64,000 bases of DNA from Methanotrichaceae archaeon (GCA_963803145.1 CAWDLW010000026.1:1-64000), one strand, 5' to 3'. Positions 18,598 to 30,088 are shown, counted from the stretch's first letter. The notes: generated from the letters alone by a model not told the origin. Numbers and translations are program-made.

Positions 18598-19173
18598 TTA
18601 ATAGTTCTCGTTAAAGAGCTCAAAGTATGCCTTCTCATGCTTGCATGCTGGACATTCCTCCGGAGCTTCATATCCCTCATGAAGGTATCCGCAGTTACGG
18701 CATCTCCAAACCACTTTCTGATCTCTTTTAAACGCGTTACCTTCGTGGAGGTTCATGAGAAGAGCCCGATACCTATTCTCATGCCCTTTCTCAGCAATAG
18801 CTATCCGATTGAATGTATTGGCGATATCTAGGAGACCTTCCTTCTCTGCAACGCCCGCAAATTCAGGATACATCTTAGAGTTCTCATATCTTTCACCATC
18901 TGCAGCAGCCTTGAGATTTGCCTTTGTGTCTCCGATGACGCCAGCGGGGAAAGCTGCTGAAATATTAAGCTCTCCACCCTCCAAGAGCTTGAAGAATACC
19001 TTAGCATGCTCCTTTTCATTATCTGCTGTATCCAAAAATATCGCAGCTATCTGCTCATACCCTTCTTTTTTTGCCTGGGATGCGAAATATGAATATCTAT
19101 TCCTCGCCTGGGATTCTCCAGCAAATGATAATAATATGTTCTTCTCTGTATTTGTGCCCTTAATGCTCCTCAT
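18598..19173 (-). CDS. rbr: Rubrerythrin
   Basis: GESQARNRY, EKEHA, EKGH diiron motifs; C-terminal CRNCG...CPAC rubredoxin domain. Confidence 0.95.
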   Translation of the reverse strand: MRSIKGTNTEKNILLSFAGESQARNRYSYFASQAKKEGYEQIAAIFLDTADNEKEHAKVFFKLLEGGELNISAAFPAGVIGDTKANLKAAADGERYENSKMYPEFAGVAEKEGLLDIANTFNRIAIAEKGHENRYRALLMNLHEGNAFKRDQKVVWRCRNCGYLHEGYEAPEECPACKHEKAYFELFNENY

Positions 19174-19327
19174 TTTATAATCTCCTATGCCTTCGATTTT
19201 GATCGGATGGATCTATCCACCTCTACTTTAAATCTTTTCATAATCGCTCAGGCAGACGAGTAGAAAGGGATTAAGTTTATCCACTTTCACTCCAACCACC
19301 TGAGGGCACAAAACTAAAGAAGGAAAG

Positions 19328-22219
19328 ATGAAGAACATTATAATTAAAGGCGCACGAGAGCATAACCTAAAAAATATAGCTGTAGAACTCCCCCGTGACA
19401 AATTCATCGTCATCACTGGCGTCTCAGGCTCAGGAAAGTCAACTCTGGCCTTCGATACTATTTATGCCGAAGGACAGCGCCGCTATGTCGAGTCATTATC
19501 AGCATACGCCCGCCAATTCTTAGGGCAAATGGACAAGCCTGACGTCGATTCAATTGAAGGGCTCTCTCCAGCCATTTCCATAGAGCAGAAGACCACATCA
19601 AAGAATCCAAGAAGCACCGTCGGCACCGTCACTGAAATCTACGATTATCTGAGGCTTCTTTTTGCCAGGATAGGTGTGCCGCACTGTCCAATCCATGGTA
19701 TACGGATAGAATCACAATCGCCTGAAAAAATTGCTGATAGCATCATTGCTGGAGCCAAGGGAATGGTCACAATCCTCGCTCCCATCATCCGCCAGAAGAA
19801 GGGCACATATGGCCAGCTTCTCAAGGACCTGAGTGCGGAGGGCTTTGCTAGAGTGCGAGTGAACGGGGAAATCCATAGGACCGATGAGGAGATAGAGCTT
19901 GACCGATATAAGAAGCATGATATTGAGGCGGTCATTGATAGACTGGACCCTGCTGTTGACCGCGCTAGGCTGGTCGAGGCCTGTGAGAATGCCCTCAAGA
20001 AGGCGGAAGGTCTCATTATCGCCCTGGATCCGGAAGAGAACGAGAGGCTTTACTCCGCCATCATGGCCTGTCCTGTCTGCGGCATGGCATTCGAGGAGCT
20101 GCAGCCTAGAATGTTCTCCTTCAATAGTCCCTTCGGAGCATGTGATGCCTGCAATGGCCTTGGATTCCGAATGGAGTTTGATCCCGATTTAATAATGCCC
20201 GATAAGGAACTCTGCATAGCAGATGGAGCTGTTGCCCTTTACAGAAATGCAATCGATGGCTGGCGAGGCCAACATCTGGCAGCAGTCGCCAAGCACTTCG
20301 GCTTTGACATCTTTACGCCCGTAAAAAATCTGAATGATGATCAATATAACGCCTTAATGTACGGCTCGAGCGAACGCATCCAGTTCCGTATGAGCATGAA
20401 GAACGGAGACGCCTATTGGTCCCACAGCGGCGCATGGGAAGGCCTTATTCCTCAGTCTGTGCGACTTTACGGCCAGACCGAATCCGAATATCGCCGAGAG
20501 GAGCTCGAGAAGTTTATGAAAGTCCTTCCATGCCCTAAGTGCCAGGGACGAAGGCTTAAGGATAAGGTTCTGGCTGTGAAGATTGCGGAGAAATCTATAG
20601 TTGATATAACCAACCTATCAGTCATTGAAAGCATCCGGTTCTTCAAAGACTTGGAATCAAAGCTCTCCGAAAAGGATAGAGAGATTGCTCGCCAGATCCT
20701 GAAGGAGATCCGTTCCCGCTTAGGTTTCTTGGAGCACGTGGGCTTAGGCTATCTTACGCTTTCAAGAAATGCAGGCACCCTTTCAGGCGGAGAGGCGCAG
20801 CGCATTCGTCTTGCAACACAGATCGGCTCAAACCTAATGGGGGTTCTCTATGTCCTGGATGAGCCATCCATTGGGCTGCACCAGAGGGACAACACTCGAC
20901 TGATTGATACTCTGAAGAAGCTGCGAGACCTCGGGAACACATTGATAGTAGTAGAGCATGATGAAGAGACAATTCGCTGTGCAGACCATGTACTGGATAT
21001 AGGGCCTGGTGCCGGTATCCACGGCGGCTGGGTTGTAGCTGAAGGCACACCAGAGGAGATCGAGAAGAATCCAAGATCTCTGACTGGACAGTATCTTTCC
21101 GGGAAAAAGAAGATTCAGGTTCCAGCTTCTCGGAGGAAGAGTGACTCATTCATCAGCATCAAAGGCTGCCGGGAGAACAACCTTAAGGATATCGATGTAA
21201 ACATCCCTATCGGTGTCCTGAATGTAGTCACAGGCGTCTCGGGCTCGGGTAAATCCACATTGATCTATGATACGCTCTACAGAGCCTTGATGAAGAAGAT
21301 ATACAAATCAAGCGAAACCCCTGGAGAGCATGACGCTCTCTTGTTTGATTCTGAAATCGACAAGGTCATAGTGATCGACCAGAGCCCTATTGGCAGAACG
21401 CCCCGCTCCAATCCGGCAACTTATACCAAGATTTTTGATCCTATCAGGAAGGCTTTTGCCGAGACCAAAGAGGCTAAGATTAGAGGCTATAAGGAAGGGC
21501 GGTTTTCCTTCAACGTTAGAGGAGGCCGCTGTGAGGCATGCCAGGGTGACGGCCTGATCAAGATCGAGATGAACTTCCTGCCGGATGTCTACATCGAGTG
21601 CGAGGAGTGCAAAGGAACGCGCTATAACCGGGAGACGTTGGAGGTTAAGTATAAGGGCAAGTCCATCGCCGAAGTCCTGGACATGACTGTTGAAGAGGCG
21701 AGGGATCACTTCCAGAATGTGCCCGCAATCAGGAATAAGCTCGAAACTTTAGCCCGTGTTGGTTTGGGATACATCAAGCTTGGACAAAGTTCTATAACGC
21801 TCTCGGGAGGCGAGGCCCAAAGGATCAAGCTCACGAGAGAGCTGTCCAAGAAGGCTACTGGCAGGACCATTTACCTGCTGGATGAGCCCACCACCGGTCT
21901 GCACTTTGATGATGTGTTGAAGCTGATCTCAGTCTTGAACGATCTGGTGGATAAAGGCAATACGGTCGTGGTGATTGAACATAACCTGGACATAATCAAA
22001 TCCGCGGATCACATTATCGATTTGGGACCGGAGGGCGGAGATGCGGGCGGCAGGATAGTGGCCACTGGAACGCCGGAAGAAGTGGCGAAGGTGAAGGAGA
22101 GCTATACGGGGAGGTTTTTGAGGGAGAGACTTTCTAAACAGAGCAGAAGTAAGGTTGAAGTTACCGGAAAAGGGCCCATTCAAGTTGTTTCTAATATTAA
22201 AGCAACCGAGAACATTTAG
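19328..22219 (+). CDS. uvrA: Excinuclease ABC subunit A
   Basis: Two GVSGSGKS Walker A motifs, two LSGGEAQR signatures, zinc fingers; 963 aa. Confidence 0.98.
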   Translation: MKNIIIKGAREHNLKNIAVELPRDKFIVITGVSGSGKSTLAFDTIYAEGQRRYVESLSAYARQFLGQMDKPDVDSIEGLSPAISIEQKTTSKNPRSTVGTVTEIYDYLRLLFARIGVPHCPIHGIRIESQSPEKIADSIIAGAKGMVTILAPIIRQKKGTYGQLLKDLSAEGFARVRVNGEIHRTDEEIELDRYKKHDIEAVIDRLDPAVDRARLVEACENALKKAEGLIIALDPEENERLYSAIMACPVCGMAFEELQPRMFSFNSPFGACDACNGLGFRMEFDPDLIMPDKELCIADGAVALYRNAIDGWRGQHLAAVAKHFGFDIFTPVKNLNDDQYNALMYGSSERIQFRMSMKNGDAYWSHSGAWEGLIPQSVRLYGQTESEYRREELEKFMKVLPCPKCQGRRLKDKVLAVKIAEKSIVDITNLSVIESIRFFKDLESKLSEKDREIARQILKEIRSRLGFLEHVGLGYLTLSRNAGTLSGGEAQRIRLATQIGSNLMGVLYVLDEPSIGLHQRDNTRLIDTLKKLRDLGNTLIVVEHDEETIRCADHVLDIGPGAGIHGGWVVAEGTPEEIEKNPRSLTGQYLSGKKKIQVPASRRKSDSFISIKGCRENNLKDIDVNIPIGVLNVVTGVSGSGKSTLIYDTLYRALMKKIYKSSETPGEHDALLFDSEIDKVIVIDQSPIGRTPRSNPATYTKIFDPIRKAFAETKEAKIRGYKEGRFSFNVRGGRCEACQGDGLIKIEMNFLPDVYIECEECKGTRYNRETLEVKYKGKSIAEVLDMTVEEARDHFQNVPAIRNKLETLARVGLGYIKLGQSSITLSGGEAQRIKLTRELSKKATGRTIYLLDEPTTGLHFDDVLKLISVLNDLVDKGNTVVVIEHNLDIIKSADHIIDLGPEGGDAGGRIVATGTPEEVAKVKESYTGRFLRERLSKQSRSKVEVTGKGPIQVVSNIKATENI

Positions 22220-22239
22220 AGTCTCTGAAAAAGCCTAAT

Positions 22240-22261
22240 TGCCCCGAGTTCAGTCGGGGCA
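22240..22261. terminator. Hairpin between convergent uvrA and QueG-like gene
   Basis: TGCCCCGA-gttcag-TCGGGGCA. Confidence 0.6.
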
Positions 22262-22292
22262 GCAGCCACTTATGCTGTCAAAAATAGGATCC

Positions 22293-23096
22293 TTATTTTA
22301 CCCCATACATTCTGACGTGATCCCATGCTCTATGATGCTTTGGAAAGCTATCTTTCTTGGAATATATCGAAACATCCTCTCGATCGAAAAGCCCACGATC
22401 CTCGCCCACCGGACAGATCTTGATGCATATGCCACATGGCGAAATCCCCTTTCGGTTCAGCTCAGCACTATAAGAGGCGCAGCTTTTCTTATCTGTTAGT
22501 CCAAGAGGATAATCCTTATCATTTAACGCCTTGGTGGGGCACATGCTCACGCATAGCATGCAGTGGACGCAAAGCTCTTCATTCAGCATTGGGTCAGGCG
22601 GAAGCTCAGCTGATGTAAGCACGGAGCCGAAGCGTACCCTGGGGCCGTACTTTGGCGTCAGCAGCATATTATTCACCCCGAAGGTTCCAAGGCCCGCCAG
22701 GAGAGCAGCATGTCGATGAGAAAAGAAGGCGACCGGATTTTTCAGAAGTGTTTCAATGCTCGCATATCCGTCTCTGGGAACGAATAAGGAGGCATAGCCT
22801 TTCTCGTTCAGGAAGTTTGCCAGCCTGTAAGTGTATTGATCGAGCAAAGCATTTACAGTCTTATACAGCTCATGATAGTAGATTGAAGGCGAGGTCTCGA
22901 GAACTGGAAGGCTGATAGGAAGCCCAATCACTATTACAGATTTGGCCTCTGGGTAAATCGATTGCGGATAAAACTCTTCAGGCATCCACGGCTGGAAAGG
23001 CGGCTCTTCCCAACGCTCCACGTTAGCGACCCCTACCAATGGGATCTCCATCTCGTGGCACTTCTCCAGAATAGATCTCTTCAACGCCTCGCTCAT
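22293..23096 (-). CDS. QueG-like 4Fe-4S protein (second paralog)
   Basis: FSHRHAALLAGLGTFG, YGPRVRF, CVHCMLCVSMCP, CGICIKICP. Confidence 0.85.
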   Translation of the reverse strand: MSEALKRSILEKCHEMEIPLVGVANVERWEEPPFQPWMPEEFYPQSIYPEAKSVIVIGLPISLPVLETSPSIYYHELYKTVNALLDQYTYRLANFLNEKGYASLFVPRDGYASIETLLKNPVAFFSHRHAALLAGLGTFGVNNMLLTPKYGPRVRFGSVLTSAELPPDPMLNEELCVHCMLCVSMCPTKALNDKDYPLGLTDKKSCASYSAELNRKGISPCGICIKICPVGEDRGLFDREDVSIYSKKDSFPKHHRAWDHVRMYGVK

Positions 23097-23138
23097 AATA
23101 TTCTTCTTATCAGGGTTTTTTACCAAAAATCATTGTAA

Positions 23139-23312
23139 TTAGCCACACCATTTGCCCTTTCTATCAATTATAGCAAATGCATTTTCTGTAAGGACGATCC
23201 TCTGTGCTTTATGCCTACCGCTTTTTACTATGACTACAGGATCACTTACCTTTCTGGCTTCTGCTATGATCCTATGACCGTGAATTGAGTCACCGGCCTC
23301 ATACCCTTTCAT
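23139..23312 (-). CDS. Small 57-aa basic protein translationally coupled to the RHH gene
   Basis: ATGA overlap with the upstream stop; MKGYEAGDSIHGHRIIAEARKVSDPVVIVKSGRHKAQRIVLTENAFAIIDRKGKWCG*. Confidence 0.5.
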   Translation of the reverse strand: MKGYEAGDSIHGHRIIAEARKVSDPVVIVKSGRHKAQRIVLTENAFAIIDRKGKWCG

Positions 23313-23653
23313 TCAGTGGTCTCCAGCTTGCCTTCCTTTTCAAGATCATCCATGATTTTGCATACCAGCCCATAATCAAGCTGAAGGTCTGTACTGGCAT
23401 CGGAAGCGTATGCTTCATGCTTTAATTCAAAATATCCGGCAACTTCTTTCTTTGCCGTCTCATAATCAACATCACGGTATTCAATGACCTTGATTGCTGC
23501 TAACTTTTCCCTGACAGCGTCACGGATGAAATCTGAGGGATTGAGATAAAGACCGGCTTCAACAAGCTTATTGATCTGGTCGATCTCATTGCGAGTAAGT
23601 TTGGCGCCTACCACTTTACCTACGCTGCTAGCAGTGCTGACATCTGCTCCCAT
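23309..23653 (-). CDS. Ribbon-helix-helix (CopG/ParD-like) DNA-binding protein with C-terminal wHTH
   Basis: KLT...INKLVEAGLYLNPSDFIRDAVREKL RHH signature. Confidence 0.8.
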   Translation of the reverse strand: MGADVSTASSVGKVVGAKLTRNEIDQINKLVEAGLYLNPSDFIRDAVREKLAAIKVIEYRDVDYETAKKEVAGYFELKHEAYASDASTDLQLDYGLVCKIMDDLEKEGKLETTE

Positions 23654-23748
23654 GTATTCATTTCATTAGTTTAAACTAATTTATAGACTTATCGGTTTAT
23701 CAAAGAAGTAATTGCAGTTGTATATACTCAACTTGTCAGTTACTTAAA

Positions 23749-24605
23749 GAGCCTATCCTAAAACTATAAATCATAGTACAATGATTTATATAACTCGTGG
23801 TATTCAAAGAAATCGATGATAATCTATGGGATCTTATTAGGCCGTTTATGCCAGCGCAGAAGCCCTGGACAGGTAGGCCAAGATGCGATTTAAGGAAAAC
23901 ATTCAATGGCATACTTTATGTTCAAAAAACAGGCATAAATTGGACGGATGTACCTAGAATGTACGGCACTAAATCAACTGTTCATAAACTTCATTTAGAG
24001 CTATGTAGAACAGGAGCTTATCAGAAGATAAACAATATTCTGCTCTCTATGGGCTACCATAAAGATAAAATCGATCTATCATGCTGTAATATCGATACCA
24101 AGGACGTTATCGCAAAAAAAGGGCAATATAGGCTACGACGGCAATAAAAGGGTTAAAGGATCTAAGATTAGCGCTTTGACAGATAAAAATGGCTTGCCGT
24201 TATCGGTATTAATTTCTCCTGCTAATACTCATGATTCAAAACTTTATCTACCTACTATTGATAAAATGAATATAAAATTATTAGTAGGTGCTCCGATAAC
24301 TCGATCTAAATTGATTAATGCAGATACCGCTTATGATACTAATGCTATTCGGGATTATAACAAACGTCGAGGAATAAAGACCAATATACCTGTAAACATC
24401 AGAAATCGCAAAAACAAAAAGATCGGTAGGCCTAAAAAGCTTGATAAAATTATCTATAAAGGCAGAAGCGCGGTAGAAAGGTTCTTCAGCTGGATTGAAG
24501 CCACTAAAAAGGTCTTACCAAGGTATGAAAGATTAGAGGAATCTTACCTAGGCATCGTTACCTTATCTTCCATCTTAATGTTATGGAGGGTTTTAGGATA
24601 GGCTC
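23749..24605 (+). mobile_element. IS5-family insertion sequence (IS427-like, two ORFs)
   Basis: Perfect 16-bp TIRs GAGCCTATCCTAAAAC / GTTTTAGGATAGGCTC; AAA on both flanks; 857 bp. Confidence 0.92.
23797..24601 (+). CDS. IS5 transposase, OrfA (23797-24147) and OrfB joined at an A7G3 run
   Basis: OrfA has TGRPR...GILYVQKTGINW. OrfB has IGYDGNKRVKG, ADTAYD and RSAVERFF. The frames change at GCAAAAAAAGGG (~24112-24123). Confidence 0.88.
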
Positions 24606-24623
24606 AAAGTAAATTGTATCACT

Positions 24624-24700
24624 TGCAGAAAGGTCCCAAATCGGCCTAAAAGCCTTTCTAAGTTAACCTTTATTCACTTCGTTAGGCCGAGGACCCTGCA
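24624..24700. other. Long bulged hairpin (candidate structured RNA or element end)
   Basis: TGCAG/CTGCA, GGTCC/GGACC and TCGGCCTAA/TTAGGCCGA nested helices. Confidence 0.5.
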
Positions 24701-24861
24701 TAGAAAAACGCCTACTTTCGCTTGTAGAACAAAAATTGACAATATTGGGTCGATGACATTACGGAGGTTTCGTTTATCTGAAATAACTAACTTCCTAAAA
24801 AATACGAAAATTAGATATTTCAATAATGCCTATACAATAGCTGATAAAGGAGTTGATTGAT

Positions 24862-25167
24862 ATGCTATTCGTCATAACTCTTGAGCACTCGCCAGAACTC
24901 TGTTTGGCAAGGAAAGAATACGTGGCAGAGACAAAGCGTTGGCAAGACTCACAAGGAGAAAGGGCGAAATCCTTGGGGATAAAGATCCATGGAGTATATG
25001 TATCCACTATTGAACATACATTCTATTTCATCCTTGAGGCAGATGACGCCAGAGCGATTTCAGAATTCTTCAGTCCGCCATTCCTGACGCATCATAAGGC
25101 ACGCATTTCTCCAGTAATTGAAGGTCGAGATGTATTCGCCTTATCCTTCATGAAGGAAAAACTCTAG
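24862..25167 (+). CDS. Small GYD/DUF3303-like alpha-beta protein
   Basis: MLFVITLEHSPELC...EHTFYFILEADD pattern; SD AGGAG. Confidence 0.7.
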   Translation: MLFVITLEHSPELCLARKEYVAETKRWQDSQGERAKSLGIKIHGVYVSTIEHTFYFILEADDARAISEFFSPPFLTHHKARISPVIEGRDVFALSFMKEKL

Positions 25168-25418
25168 AATAAGCCTAAACTTAAACTCAGTCTCTGAGTA
25201 ACAAAATTTTTTCCTCAAATACAGCCGAGCTTTGCTTAGCAGCTACGAATTGATGGGCGAGATCCTCATCTTCCGCAAGTGTATCCTCTGCATCTGATTT
25301 GTTAATAATTTGTAGATACGTTAAATAGGCAGTAAGCGTATTTCATAAAAAGATTTATCTTCAGCATATTCAATAACGATCACAAACTTGGAGAGTGGTA
25401 TCAAGATGACTGCGATTA

Positions 25419-26501
25419 TAGTTAATCCACGTAATTTTTACCTCATAGATACCCTTAAATAATTAATATACGATATAGCCGTTCATGGGCAGGAAACCTG
25501 TAATTGTAAGACATATCTCGAAGGTAGAATTAGATCAATTGTATAAAGATGAGAGAAACATAAGAATTAAAGAACGGCTACTAGCGATAATACATTTATA
25601 CGAAGGAAAGAATGTATATATAGTAGCTGATATTCTTAAACGAAGTGAAAAGACAATAAAGAATTGGCTAAGCGATTGGAACAAACAAGGATATGATGGA
25701 TTGATACCACAGAATAGAAACGGCAAAGAACCAATGATATCTTTTGATGAATGGGATAAAATTATCGAAGAGATTGAGGACAAAGGAATGACTATAAAAG
25801 AGGTAATAAAATATGCAAAAGATACAAGAGGCGTAGAATATTCGTATAAAGGTGGTTGGAAGATTTTAAGATCAATAAAGAAAGTCAAATATGGTAAACC
25901 ATATATTAGAAATAATAAGAGGCCTGTTAATGCAGAAAGTTTTCTAAAAAAAGGATAGATTCAGTAATAACAACAGTCAAAGAACCTATTATTGGATTCC
26001 TTGATGAAAGCTCTTTGCAACAGCGACCTAATACACGCAGGGTTTTAAACACCCATATGCTAAATTATCAACCTGGAAAAGTTAGGTCTAGAACTGTTTT
26101 TGGGTTCATTGCATTGAATGGAAATGATGAAGTTATGGTCTCTCACTCATCCAAGAAAGAAGATTTAATGATCTTCGCCCAAAAATTGAGAAGTAACAAT
26201 ATTATGAGACCAATATGTATTGTCCTAGATAATGCTAGAATACATCTAGCTAAGAAGTTTAGGGCATTAGCCCACGAACTTGATATCCATTTAATATATA
26301 ACGTGCCATATTCCCCTGATTTAAATCCTATAGAGTTCGGTTGGAAGGATTTTAAAAGAGAGATATCAAAATATACTGATTTTGATGAAGCTATTGAGGA
26401 TGCCCAAGATTGCGCTTTACAAATATTTTATTCCAATAAAGATGGATACTCTAAGTCTTGGATAAAGCAGTTTATAAGGTAAAAAGTTGGGAGAATGACT
26501 A
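25419..26501 (+). mobile_element. IS630-family insertion sequence
   Basis: Imperfect ~24-bp TIRs TAGTTAATCCACGTAATTTTTACC / revcomp TAGTCATTCTCCCAACTTTTTACC; TA target duplication. Confidence 0.9.
25485..26482 (+). CDS. IS630 transposase, OrfA (HTH) and OrfB (DDE) linked by a -1 frameshift
   Basis: OrfA ends ...FLKKG at CTAAAAAAAGG; OrfB has GFLDE, VLDNARIH and YSPDLNPIE. Confidence 0.9.
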
Positions 26502-27296
26502 TAAATCAAGCATCGATCCTATGGAAATTCTACATGAGTTGAAAATGATAGCTCCTGATGTATGGGAGAGCGACAATCGCCGTTTAATTCTTCCTCAAAG
26601 ACTGGGAGACTTCGAGAGAACAGAGTACGTAGAAGGTATACAGAATATGCTCAGCGAGCTAAACAGGTATATAGGCATGCTCAATACTGGACTTATCAGT
26701 GAAATAGAGTATGAAAGCAAGAAAGCAGGGATTCTATCAAGTATGCAAGGTTCCTGAATCCATTTATATCCAGAATTATCATTTTAATCAACAATAATAA
26801 CAGTCGAGGAGACTGGCGTAATTCTCACATCTTTGGCCTTCATTGCTTCTTGGATCCCTGTCTGTCCTTTCGATCTGGATATATGCCACCGAAAAGGTGG
26901 CAGATGAGGTATGCTTGGTTCACTTGTGGAAGTGAGCCAAAGGATTAGACTCCAGACCAAAACAGGTAAGAGATAAGCCTAAACAGGTCAACTCCTCATT
27001 CCTACTCATGTAATCCCTCCCGTATGGTAGCCAGCCACAGCGATTGAGCGACAGCTCCGTTTTAGTTTTCGTGAGCATCCCAAAAAGAGGTGCCAAATGA
27101 ATTGTAAAATGATTCCAGCTACAGCAATCTTGATCCTGCTGTTCTGCCAATCAATATAGCCAGCGTAGAATTCAGAGAGGACTTCTAGGGACCCGGAGAT
27201 TTTCGAAGCTACACCAGTGATATCAGCATAGAAGAATATAAAAAGTATGAGTCGGAAATATTAATAATAGTTTTTCAAACAGGAAGGTGGTATATC

Positions 27297-27581
27297 ATGC
27301 CATACATGCTTGTTCGACATAAAGTAAAAGATTATGCTAAGTGGAAGCCAATATATGATGGACACGCCGCAACACGAAAAGCTAGCGGCTCCAAAGGGGC
27401 GCACCTTTTCCGCAACTCAGATAACCTCAATGAAATGATAATCTTATTCGAATGGGATGATCTGGGCAATGCTCGAAAGTTCGCCCAATCTGAGGATTTA
27501 ATAAAGACGATGCAGAAGGCAGGAGTCTCTGACAAGCCGGATATCTATTTCCTTGATGAAATAGAAAAAACTTCAGCCTAA
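27297..27581 (+). CDS. Dimeric alpha-beta barrel (cyclase/ABM-like) small protein
   Basis: VRHKVKDYAKWK...MQKAGV pattern; SD GGAAGGTGG. Confidence 0.8.
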   Translation: MPYMLVRHKVKDYAKWKPIYDGHAATRKASGSKGAHLFRNSDNLNEMIILFEWDDLGNARKFAQSEDLIKTMQKAGVSDKPDIYFLDEIEKTSA

Positions 27582-27820
27582 TATTTCTTTCATACGATAC
27601 CGCCATCAAGATAAAAGCCCTTATACTACTGTTTTTTAATTTTCAATTGCTCTTGAAGTGCACCTCTACGTCAGTACCTGCTCCTCCACGTGACCATATA
27701 GGACTAGAATTCTGGAGCGCAAAGACTGGTATTATCCTTCGCTTAGAGCTACTATTCGAGTATTTATTACTACTATGATATCCAAGCACATTCAAGCCGG
27801 TTGCCTCCATAAACTTAAAC

Positions 27821-28503
27821 TCAGGTCCACCTTCTAATAGCGCGTAGTATAGGCAATTGCAGCTCCTTTTCGCCCCTCAATGCCAGCGCATAATAAAGCA
27901 CAGCAGATAAAACCCCTAAAGCGAGGATCTGTGTATAGGTCCCTGCCTCTGCCCATGTAGGGCTGTAGATAACGGTGAAAAGATCTCTTCCAATTGAGGC
28001 TAGCAAAAGTATTGGAAAAATCCCGACCAAGCTGAGCCTGAGGAATGTATCTTCCACGATTTGAGATAAAGTACCGTTAAACCTTGCCTCTGCTGCTCTC
28101 TGAAAGAATACCTGGGAGATAGCCGATCCTATCAGGGACATCGGAAGCTGGAGCACATCCAATCCCAGCGCATAATAGCCCACTACTTTCTGGCAATTGA
28201 TAATCGACCATATTGCCTGGTCCTAGAATTCCAATAATTAAGGGCCACGAAGGCTCCATTCACGAATACGGCCGGCACAACCAGCCATAAATACGGCCCC
28301 AGCTCAGGAGCCTTCAGCCATTGCAATAACTGATTATGGAACAGCCATAAGATGGGAATGGCAAGGATGCTTATCAGGATGGCAGATGTTAGGCAGACCC
28401 CGAGGAGGCAGCAGTTCAAATACGACTTGTTTTTGATGGGACATGTGCGTTTACCGAATTTATTAGCTTCAATATTGAACCAGCGATAATAAGAGGATAT
28501 CAA
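27821..28503 (-). pseudogene. Polysaccharide flippase (Wzx-like) fragments with internal deletions
   Basis: NYWNSRTRQYGRLSIAR and GYYALG...QLPMSLIGSAISQVFFQRAA in different frames; far shorter than a full flippase. Confidence 0.8.
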
Positions 28504-28627
28504 TTATAAAATCATCGGTTAATATGTCGAGTTCAAAGAGATAATATAAAGTGTGAATAGTAAATATATGGCTCTAATAACAATGAGGCGATATAACTTT
28601 GCTATATGCAAAAAAGTACAATGCTAA

Positions 28628-28963
28628 CTAGAAATAAAATGAAAAATCTCTAGTATCGAATAAATTGTTCCAATTACTACCCCACATATCGCCAAAATTG
28701 ATCTCAGTCGGCAAGGACATAAATTTATCGTAATTTATGGGCGGTTCTATAGCAAATACCGTGCCGCTATCGAAAGCCATATTGCTGTTATCAAAGGCCA
28801 TATTGCTATTTATATCGCCAGTCATTGAACTCGCATCTGGCAGGTATCCTCCCGGACCATCAATGAGAAGCCCCTGGCCGAGATTATTCTCTGCGCCACT
28901 TCCACACCCGACTGTTGCAAGAAATCCTACCAATAGCACGAATACAGACAATCTCAACATCAT
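28628..28963 (-). CDS. Small secreted (possible lipoprotein) hypothetical protein
   Basis: Signal peptide ending VGC; NSNMAFD duplicated. Confidence 0.65.
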   Translation of the reverse strand: MMLRLSVFVLLVGFLATVGCGSGAENNLGQGLLIDGPGGYLPDASSMTGDINSNMAFDNSNMAFDSGTVFAIEPPINYDKFMSLPTEINFGDMWGSNWNNLFDTRDFSFYF

Positions 28964-29335
28964 TGCTCTTCACCCAACAATATAATATATACTAATAAGT
29001 TATAAGGTTTTGCTAATATATTTATAGTTATTTAAGTTATCTCTAAAGATATCAGCCGTGTTAATGAAACTATTGCACTTCAAGCCCTGTAATGGCGACT
29101 TAAGCTGCTGGTTCGTGCATCCAGGAGAGTGTGGCATGAAGGACGACATGCAGATCATTCTGCTAAAGCTCAGCAAGGCCATAAGCTAGTATAACGAATC
29201 CTAAATAAGATTGCTCTGAGCATTCATACCCGAATAAATTTTTCTATTAGCTTTGCCATATAAATTTTCTTGCTGAATGGGATTGGATTTTGCCAGTAAA
29301 AAAGGATTTAAGCGTTGCAATGCTCGCATATTAGT

Positions 29336-30088
29336 ATGAATGCAGATATTGCTGTTATCGGCGGTGTAGGATTTGATCTTGGCGGCATTATTGATTTGAT
29401 CGATACGCCTTATGGAAAGGTGAAGATATGGTTCACAAGATTAAAAGGGCAGAGGCTCGCATTCATTTCTCGCCACGGTGAGGACCATCTCCCCCCGCAT
29501 AAGATAAATTATAGAGGAATCATATGGGCAGCTAAGGCAGCGGGCGCAAGTAGAGTGATATCCATAAATACAGTTGGCTCAATGTCCGGCCATCCTTTGG
29601 GATGCATCGTCCTGCCCAATGATTTCGTCGAGTTCACCAAGTTCAGACCGAATACTTTCTTCGACGATAAGGCAGTACATGTAGATTTGACCCAGCCTTA
29701 CTGCCCCGATCTTCGAGCCAACCTCTCTGAGGCAATGCGCGCTCTACAGCTAGAGCCGTTTGAGGGAATCTACGTCTGCACAGAGGGCCCGCACCTGGAA
29801 TCTCCGGCCCAGATCAGGATGATGAGGCAGTTTGGAGATATCATCGGCATGACGGGATACCCCGAGGTGGTCCTGGCAAGGGAGCTATCTCTGTGCTATG
29901 CATCACTCTGTGTAGTCACCAATCCCGCATGCGGCATGAAGGCTGAAACTTTGAAAGCAACAGATATTTCAGATCTGATGAGAAGGAGCGGCGAGACCAT
30001 AAGGGAAATTATATCCACAGCGCTCCCAAAAATTCCAGCTGAGAGAAAATGCTGTTGCAAGGATGCCATCTCAGATGCGGCGCTCTAG
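29336..30088 (+). CDS. mtnP: MTAP-family purine nucleoside phosphorylase (methylthioadenosine/methylthioinosine)
   Basis: IAVIGG, RHG..H.PPH.INYR, EGP, GMT..PE..LARE motifs. Confidence 0.88.
   Translation: MNADIAVIGGVGFDLGGIIDLIDTPYGKVKIWFTRLKGQRLAFISRHGEDHLPPHKINYRGIIWAAKAAGASRVISINTVGSMSGHPLGCIVLPNDFVEFTKFRPNTFFDDKAVHVDLTQPYCPDLRANLSEAMRALQLEPFEGIYVCTEGPHLESPAQIRMMRQFGDIIGMTGYPEVVLARELSLCYASLCVVTNPACGMKAETLKATDISDLMRRSGETIREIISTALPKIPAERKCCCKDAISDAAL

Larger units (their letters stand above)
25406..26757 (+). pseudogene. Small SHOCT-like-domain gene interrupted by IS630 at codon 4-5
   Basis: Removing the IS and one TA restores ATG ACT GCG ATT AAA TCA AGC after GGAGAGTGG; C-terminus GLISEIEYESKKAGIL. 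Confidence 0.7.

Noticed and set aside
19645-22183. Multiple antisense ORFs within uvrA (likewise within tex, aguB-aguA and the symporter)
   Set aside because: Shadow ORFs of long real genes, with no motifs
26790-27200. ORF 26920-27150 and a short signal-peptide-like stub near 27097
   Set aside because: Fragmentary and unassignable; at best unidentifiable debris
28183-28185. TAG as possible pyrrolysine readthrough in the flippase
   Set aside because: The downstream fragment is in a different frame and a large block is deleted
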